From: Eledone cirrhosa
Taxonomy: Eukaryota
Direction: 5' to 3'
DNA: 64,000 bases
Assembly (NCBI GenBank): GCA_964016885.1
Contig: OZ024746.1
Span: 79,546,001-79,610,000 of the forward strand
Part shown: positions 55,791 through 64,000 of the stretch, piece after piece
Numbering within the stretch: position 1 is the stretch's first letter
Layout of the letters: every line of letters begins with the position of its first letter
The notes under the pieces: generated by a model
The model's database searches: none
What the model was told of the DNA's origin: nothing
Seen by the model: only the letters and a program-made list of their open reading frames with translations
Translations under genes and position numbers: made by a program

Positions 55791-56126
55791 AACATTACGA
55801 TTCTCCGTTAACTTCAATAATGTATCTTCCTGCTGACAACTGAGAAGACACTCCATGAAGCTGCTCTTTTCTCTTAGCCTAACCCTTTATCAGTCAATGA
55901 TCACCACAAGAACGACAACTGAAATAGGCGTACTAATATGCATATAATTAGTGCCCGTGTCGGTAATTAATTAAGATATATATTAAGAAATGCGTTAGCA
56001 GCCGACGTAGATGATAAAGTCATATCTGTATATTTTCAGAATAATACTAAGAACGAATGGGTATATATTGATACACGTTGGTGCAGTATCGGTTACACCC
56101 TCTGTATTTATATAGATATAACTTCA

Positions 56127-56163
<37 letters not shown>

Positions 56164-56168
<5 letters not shown>

Positions 56169-56489
56169 AGGAGGTGAGTTTTATTTTAGTACAATAAAGC
56201 AATGCAGATATCGGATAAGAAGCACTCTACAGTTTGTAGGACTAGAGTATACATAATATATAAGATCAAAAGATGGTTAAATGAGTTCCATGTATTTAAT
56301 TATGCGCATTTCAAAAACAAATATTATCATGCAATAACATTTGTGTTTTCATCAGATAAAATAGGAGGACATGATATGAAGTTTAAAAACACTTGTGGAT
56401 AGTGCAGTTTTAAATCAACATATGTTGATATTTGTTTTTGAAATGCGCATAATAAAATACATGGAACTCATTTAACCATCTTTTGATCT

Positions 56490-56500
<11 letters not shown>
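56164..56500. mobile_element. (TA)n-embedded fold-back element with ~70-bp arms (about 56253-56323 and 56428-56499)
   Basis: ATAAGATCAAAAGATGGTTAAATGAGTTCCATGTATTT and its reverse complement; CTGATGA on the minus strand in the spacer. Confidence 0.8.
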
Positions 56501-56545
<45 letters not shown>

Positions 56546-56547
<2 letters not shown>

Positions 56548-57010
56548 CGTTTCTGAATTTGTTTAGCAAGATTCTTTATTTGAAAACGTGTGTTCATACC
56601 GATATGAATGGAATAGCAACATCACAACTTACAATTAAGGACAAAATGAAAACACACACGCACATAGAACAAACAACTAACCAGTAACATGTAAATAAAC
56701 AAATAAATAAACAAATATAAACACATGGATGTAACACAGGCGCAAACTAAGCACACAACACACACAAAAACAAGATGGCGTAGGACAGAACAAAGGAGAG
56801 GCACAAAAACAAAGAAAAGAATCCCCAGTCACTGAAGAGGTCACAGAATGTGTGACGAAAGAACTTTGACAATATATTAACAATCGTCTGGTTGTGGAAC
56901 CAACCAACTAACCGGAAATTTATAAATTTATAAATTTAATTTATAATAAATTGAAGTGAAAGCAACTGGTGCGTGTGTTTCTTATTGGCAACATGACCGT
57001 CCCAAAGTAT

Positions 57011-57016
<6 letters not shown>
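56546..57016 (+). mobile_element. Family T long copy containing a hammerhead
   Basis: Same left and right ends as 23109 and 61009; (TA)n on both sides. Confidence 0.82.
56828..56870 (+). ncRNA. Minimal hammerhead ribozyme
   Basis: GTCA-CTGAAGA-G-GTCACA-gaatg-TGTGAC-GAAA-GAAC-TT-TGAC; stems I and II pair. Confidence 0.7.
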
Positions 57017-57056
<40 letters not shown>

Positions 57057-57816
57057 CAAACTAACGGGAAATTGCTATTTTAACCACCTACATTTTAAAA
57101 CCTATAACAAACTGTTATATTCACTGCACTCTTCAGTTATTGTTTACCAAATCTCCCTCTCAAAGCATTGAACATCCAATATTTGATCATTTTTAGGAAA
57201 GTTTATAGATTAGGAATTTTATGGTGATAGATAATTCTGCGACCAATAGCTGCTTGCATTTAAGATTACATTTAGGAAGTCCTCATACCTATTTTCTTTT
57301 CTGCTTGGCTTGAACATCTTAAAAACTGGACCCATTCCCGTTTGTCAAAGCGGTTTTGTAATGGTTGTTTTTTTGTTTTTTGCTTTATTTTTATTTTTTT
57401 GTTCCTCTTATTATTGTTTATTTAGATTTCATGACTATAACATAGTCTGAGGAGAATTATATGCTCCACTGATATCTCCATTCATTCTCTAGATATGCAC
57501 AAAATGTTGATTTTTATGAGCGAAGAATAAATGTGTGATTCTCATGCATTTTTAAAAACAAAACAAATTTAGTTAAAATGAAATGTTTTCAAACATATAT
57601 TTAAACATAAAATAGTCTGCTCAGAGTGAAATACCGCTCTTCAAAACCCAATGACTATAAACAATACACAACCATAAACTCTTATAAAAACACACATAAA
57701 TATACTAACCGAAGCACACCCACGCACATACACCTTCACCTGCCCGCGGATAAACACAAACACATACACCACAGACTTACATATCTATCTGTGTATGTTT
57801 GTTAAGTACAGAAACC

Positions 57817-57876
57817 ATGGAATTTTCTTTACCAGAGCGATGTTTAGACATGCGTACATTGCATCAACTCAATCAG
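57817..57876 (+). other. Candidate first coding exon MEFSLPERCLDMRTLHQLNQ
   Basis: AACCATGG start context, 20 open codons, CAG|GTGAGT donor; an alternative acceptor TTTTCTTTACCAG ends at 57835. Confidence 0.3.
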
Positions 57877-58609
57877 GTGAGTGAATACATGTGTTACATT
57901 TTAAAAACTAAATCTTGAAATAATATAAATAAATAAAAAGATTGGCTGATATTTCGGCTCCAACTGAAATTATCATGAGAATAATGGTGGCTATCATTTT
58001 ACGCCGTAGATTTTATTGATAATAATACAGTGCGTCGTTACTAGTAAGTTTCTCGCCGTCGTTCAGGTTGTCTGAACAAAGTTATAGATGCGTAAATCTC
58101 GGAGTAGTGACGGAATTAATCATCAGCTAGGAATAAATATCTCCGTGGTGTGCGTATGTGTGTTTGTATATGTGTGTGTGTATGTGCGTATGTATGTGTG
58201 TATGTGTTTAAAGCAATTCATATCACCTAGAGACAGAGACAGTTCATGTGTATTTAGCTTCCTGGACTAAGGTTACAATGTGCTCCAATTTAGGCTCCCC
58301 ATTCTCCCAAACAAAATAATTTCAACTTATAGTTTGGTAAGCTGATGAACATAAATGTTGACACTTCTTACATTGACTACACAAAGAAAATCACTAAGTT
58401 TGTATTTTCAACTATATACTGCACACCAAGCTACGCCTGATCACGTGACAAGCCATATCACAATATGAGCCTTTCCAGTGTTTTGATTATTCCATAACTC
58501 TGCTCCGTGGCAAAGATGTTTAACGTTTATTTATTGATAGCAGGGAATTATTATATATCTATTTTAATTATATATATTTGTATAAAACTGATCCTTTAAC
58601 ATTAAATAA

Positions 58610-58797
58610 TCGGTGAATTGGCAGTATCGGTAGAGGGTTGGACGCCATGCTTTCTAGCATAGTTACGTCCCTTTACAGTCTGAGTTCAAATCCAGCCTAG
58701 GTTAATTTTGCCTTTCATCCTTACGGGGTCGATAAAATAAAGTACCAGTAATGTACTCGGTAATTGCTGACCTTGTGTCTAAAGTAGAAACAATTAA
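58610..58797 (+). mobile_element. SINE family 1
   Basis: A box, B box, core and tail. Confidence 0.88.
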
Positions 58798-60482
58798 ATA
58801 ATGTACTTCTTTGATATCTGTGCCCTAGGCGGTTGTCTAGTTTTCCTTAATGGTAGCACCATCCCGGCTTATGGCGGCCCCCAATGAGTTCAATAAAGAT
58901 AATACTCAACTTAAACATCTGTAAGTGAATGTGGGTGTGTGATACTTGCAGTAAAGAGAACTCCGCTAAATGCACCTATGTTCAAAATAGTGGTGTTAAC
59001 TGAACTCCAATGTTAGGCCTATCACACACAAACATTGAGGGAACTGAGCGTTTGTTCCGAAAAGCTGCAACAAAGTAGGATTTGCTATGGATCAAAGCGT
59101 AATATTAATAATTTCATGGGCGAATCTCTAATGAAATACACTCTATCTCAAATAATTGATGATGAATTTTGTGGGATGTACTAAAGTTATTTATCATTTA
59201 ATTACTAAGTTAGTAATCTAACAAATGGTTCTTATATAACATTATGTCGAAAGATTTTAACTTAAATATATTTTAATTTAATTTTATTTGATTTAACTCT
59301 TTAAGATAGATTGCTTTGTTTCAGAGAACCAGACAGGTTTTAGCTGGATCGGTTTCAAAAAGTTACAACAGAGCTTCTACCAGCACTTGAACGACGAAAC
59401 TGGGCGTTTCATTCGAATAATCACAATAATGTGGCCTCAGCTAAATGCATCTATGGGTCACAGAGCGGTGTTAAACAGGGTTTCGCACTCGGCCTGTGAA
59501 ACCACCATTTTACTGAAATAGCGATTAAAAAATACACACATCATGTGAATGAAAAATATATACGAATCTTCTTGCTTATCTACTGCGGTAACCAGTGAAC
59601 ATGAACCGTATTGATTCGTATTGATTGTTGTTTACTCATAGAAATACATATGCATCCCGGATATAAACATAAATATTAATCTAATCCTGCTTCAGACGAT
59701 TGTTGTAATTGTTTTATTTTTATCGTTATCGTCGTCGTCGTTGTCGTCATCTTCGCCGACCTATTCAATGTATTTATTATCATATTTTATCATTGTTGTC
59801 TTTATCACATTCATTGTCTTATCACCATCATCTTCAACGACGTTGGCGGATATATTTGCATCACAAGAATTCAGCATCTAACTGAATAAGCGCGTGGTTA
59901 GTAAAGTAATTAAGACGAAGCTTGGTACATGAGGATATTCATACGTATCTCACTAATATATCTTCATGCAAGGATAGGCATGTATGTATATAAATGTGGC
60001 GTTATTTCCTCCTATATCGCTAAATATCTTCCCATTTGGTGCTATAGACACCTTTATCAATCATATCTGCAATCTAGACATATGTAAAATTCTCCGTCCG
60101 CCTGAATATAAATAGATGTTTATATGTAAAAAGATCTCTTTTCTTACATTGTACTTCGTTTTGCTATTTTTTTTATCACATGATCCATTCCCTTTTATAT
60201 TTTGTTTTTTTCCGTTATTTATTTTTCTTGGCGAATCAGCTGCACATCAAGACATTTTATATATGGAGTTTCAAGTCAACAATGGTATGTATATCATATG
60301 AACATTCTTACGTCAGACTCGCTACTGATAAAAGGACCTTACACACACACATACACACACATACACACGTACACGCACATACACACAAACACACTTACAG
60401 GCGCACCCTCTTATATATGTGTATAAATCTAAGTATATATATACATACATACATACATACATGCATACATTCATATATACAT

Positions 60483-60538
<56 letters not shown>

Positions 60539-60543
<5 letters not shown>

Positions 60544-60625
60544 TCTGCAGTACATAGCTAGCTATAAGACAAGATATTACATTTTTTAGATACTTATATA
60601 CGTATGAATGTATGGGGCGATATAT

Positions 60626-60657
<32 letters not shown>

Positions 60658-60800
60658 CGCCCCATACATTCATACGTATATAAGTATCTAAAAAATGTAA
60701 TATCTTGTCTTATAGCTAGCTATGTACTGCAGACTCATCAATAACGAGGCTTCCTAGAGTTCATCTTTAGTATAAACTAAAGTTGGACTTCAGCAAAATA
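60539..60800. mobile_element. Tail-to-tail fold-back: 82-bp arms (60539-60620 and 60657-60738) around a (TA)n core
   Basis: Arms appear identical; the longer arm continues into minus-strand CTGAAG..CTTTAG-tttata-CTAAAG-ATGAAC, a hammerhead-like remnant. Confidence 0.88.
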
Positions 60801-60873
60801 TGTTTGTAAAATCCATATATAGTACAGTATTGTGACAGAACATGTATACATATTTATATGACTCTCTCACTCT

Positions 60874-61532
<659 letters not shown>

Positions 61533-63114
61533 AGAGAGAGAGACAGAGAGAGAGAGAAAGAGAGATAGTTGGAGAGAGAGAGAGAGTGGGAGAAAGAGAG
61601 ATACATGCAGTCTTACTTCCACCCATACATAACATACATACATATTTATGAAAATACTGTATAGGTAGGCAAAACAAATTGCAAGAATAGAGTTGGTAAC
61701 TAAAATCACAGACTTCAGATTCTGTCTCCTCTGAACACTGGAAGAACATTTGTTAACTTTTACATTTACGATTATTAAAAAGTATTCTTGACGCATTTTA
61801 TTTAATTTCAACGTGATGTCTTTTACATCATTTCATTGTTCAAAGGCTTTCCTGGTTGTCTTTATGTCTACGATGGCTGGTTGTGAATAGAGGAAATGTT
61901 ACTGCTATCATTATCAGCTTATGTGACCGTCAGCGTAGGCTAAAATACCTAGTGCTGCTATGTAAAGGTAACTATAAATTATCCGAAAGATGTACGTCTG
62001 TCGAGCCAATTTATCGAATTATCATTGCATGATATGCCTTTAGTAGAAGATTTCTTGATAGATAAACATTGACAAATAAATCTAAATGTATTTCCCATGA
62101 ATCAGCTATAGAATATTTATGATAGCACGCCAATCTCAAAGCCAGACACCAATTAACTGAATTTTGAACTGGAAATCTAGTTATTCAAACTCATATTTTC
62201 TGTATTCCTACACGACAATGTTACAGGAGTACAGGAAAAAATCTCTAGAAGCTATTAGAATATAGATGATTGTAAAATATTCACGCAACATACACGTAAA
62301 TTTTGCAGTATGACAATTATATATAATCAGAAAGAAGCCTCGTTTATTATAAGGAAAATTGGTCATTGAAATATGTTTTTACGCTGCCCACAGATGCAGC
62401 GTTCAAGAAATTGCAGTCATTGACATGAAAAACGTTGAACATACAGACATTTTCAGAAACTTAAAAATTGAGTTAGGATTTCGTTTTATGTTTACAATAT
62501 GTTATTAGGATACGTCTATTGGATGTTTGATTATGTGCCCTGCAGCTATAAGATACATCTTTGATCATAGATCCTAAGAGAATATTTTACTAAAGAAGTC
62601 AATAAATATTCCTCTGTTATGCCTGCACAATGTTGGTTCAAATGGTTGACTCATCTCATTCGCAAAATCTTTCTAATATTCTAGTAAATTAAAATAGAAG
62701 AAAGTGATTTTACTCGTTATTATTGGAAATATGACACTATTGACTAACTACTAACATTCAGTTTTCAATAACTTGGCAGTGATAACAAAAACAACAACTT
62801 CAAATAGTTCTCTACTATTTCAGAACAAACACAATAGAAAATTAATGCATGTTATTTTTAGAAATGTTTCAGATGTTAATCCAAACACAGGGTCATCATC
62901 AATACAACAGTGCTAACAACATCACTTTCGGGGCTCACGGTCTAGAGCAGGTAAAACAGGGTGATAGAAATGCTGTTTATTATTCTCAGCTATATCACGG
63001 CAGTGATTGTTAGCAACAGTAAGAAATGATAGTATGTATATATATATATAGAAAGAGAGAGAGACAGAGAGAGAGAGAAAGAGAGATAGTGAGAGACATA
63101 TTACGATGGTTATA

Positions 63115-63300
63115 TAATTGTTTCTACTTTTGGCACAAGGCCAGCAATTATCCCAGTACATTACTGGTACTTTATTTTATCGACCCCGTAAGGATGAAAG
63201 GCAAAGTAAACCTCGGCGGGATTTGAACTCAGATCGTAAAGGGACGTAACTATGCTGGAAAGCATGGCGTCCGACCCTCTACCGATACTGCCAATCCATT
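63115..63300 (-). mobile_element. SINE family 1
   Basis: Near-identical to 12111-12300. Confidence 0.9.
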
Positions 63301-63399
63301 ATATAATAGGCGAGGGTTTCCACTGAACTTCGTTAATGACAGTTTCCATTCTTGCTAAGAGTAATTTAATTTGACTAACGTTATATATTCTAATATTCG

Positions 63400-63718
63400 T
63401 TTCTCTTAATCTATAAGGCATTTCAAAACTAGAAAGTAAGAAAAAATACAATATATGGTTCACTGTTTCAGAACATGGGGACTTTGGTGTCTCTATAAGA
63501 GGTGACAAAATACACACACGATTTCCTTGAAAACAATATATTGAAAACAATATATTGTTTACACCTTTTTTACTCTCGTCAAGCCTTCTATTTATTCTAC
63601 CATCTCTCATTTTATCTTCCGATGAAGGAATAATGTCCGAACCGTTCAAATGGCTTTCCTATCATATAAAGTATTAGATTAATATATATCATCATTGTAC
63701 TGTATTTCCTTCCCATGT

Positions 63719-63720
<2 letters not shown>
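63400..63720 (+). mobile_element. Probable PLE 3' end with a degenerate hammerhead at 63616-63650, running into (TA)n
   Basis: CCGATGA-A-GGA-ataatg-TCC-GAACCGTT; layout similar to 7930-8178. Confidence 0.45.
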
Positions 63721-63762
<42 letters not shown>

Positions 63763-63788
63763 TATACATATATATATATATATATATA

Positions 63789-63858
<70 letters not shown>

Positions 63859-64000
63859 CATATATATATATGTGTATGCATATTTACACAAACACACACA
63901 TATCCACACATATCCACACATATCCACACACACATACATATATATATATATATAGGAAATATATTATTATATTATATCATATTCGTATACAATAGATATA

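Overview
AT-rich, microsatellite-saturated animal DNA with no complete host gene. The repeat repertoire resembles an octopus/cephalopod genome (inference). Nearly all ORFs in the supplied track are translations of simple repeats. Real content: (1) more than 15 copies of a tRNA-headed SINE plus other dispersed short repeats; (2) three Tx1/L1-type LINE 3' fragments sitting in (TATC)n or (TTC)n tracts, one with an 18-bp target-site duplication; (3) several decayed RTE LINE pieces and a ~610-bp non-autonomous RTE-tailed family that ends in a C2H2 zinc-finger remnant, swaps tails between subfamilies and is associated with (TATG)n; (4) decayed Penelope-like element (PLE) RT and GIY-YIG ORFs; (5) a piggyBac-type MITE and a hAT-type MITE; (6) many short elements embedded in (TA)n that carry hammerhead ribozyme cores and form fold-back palindromes, the best being a ~760-bp inverted repeat at 8225-8982 with a complete type I hammerhead in each arm. 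A few isolated candidate exons are listed at low confidence. All calls were made by eye, so boundaries of decayed elements are approximate.
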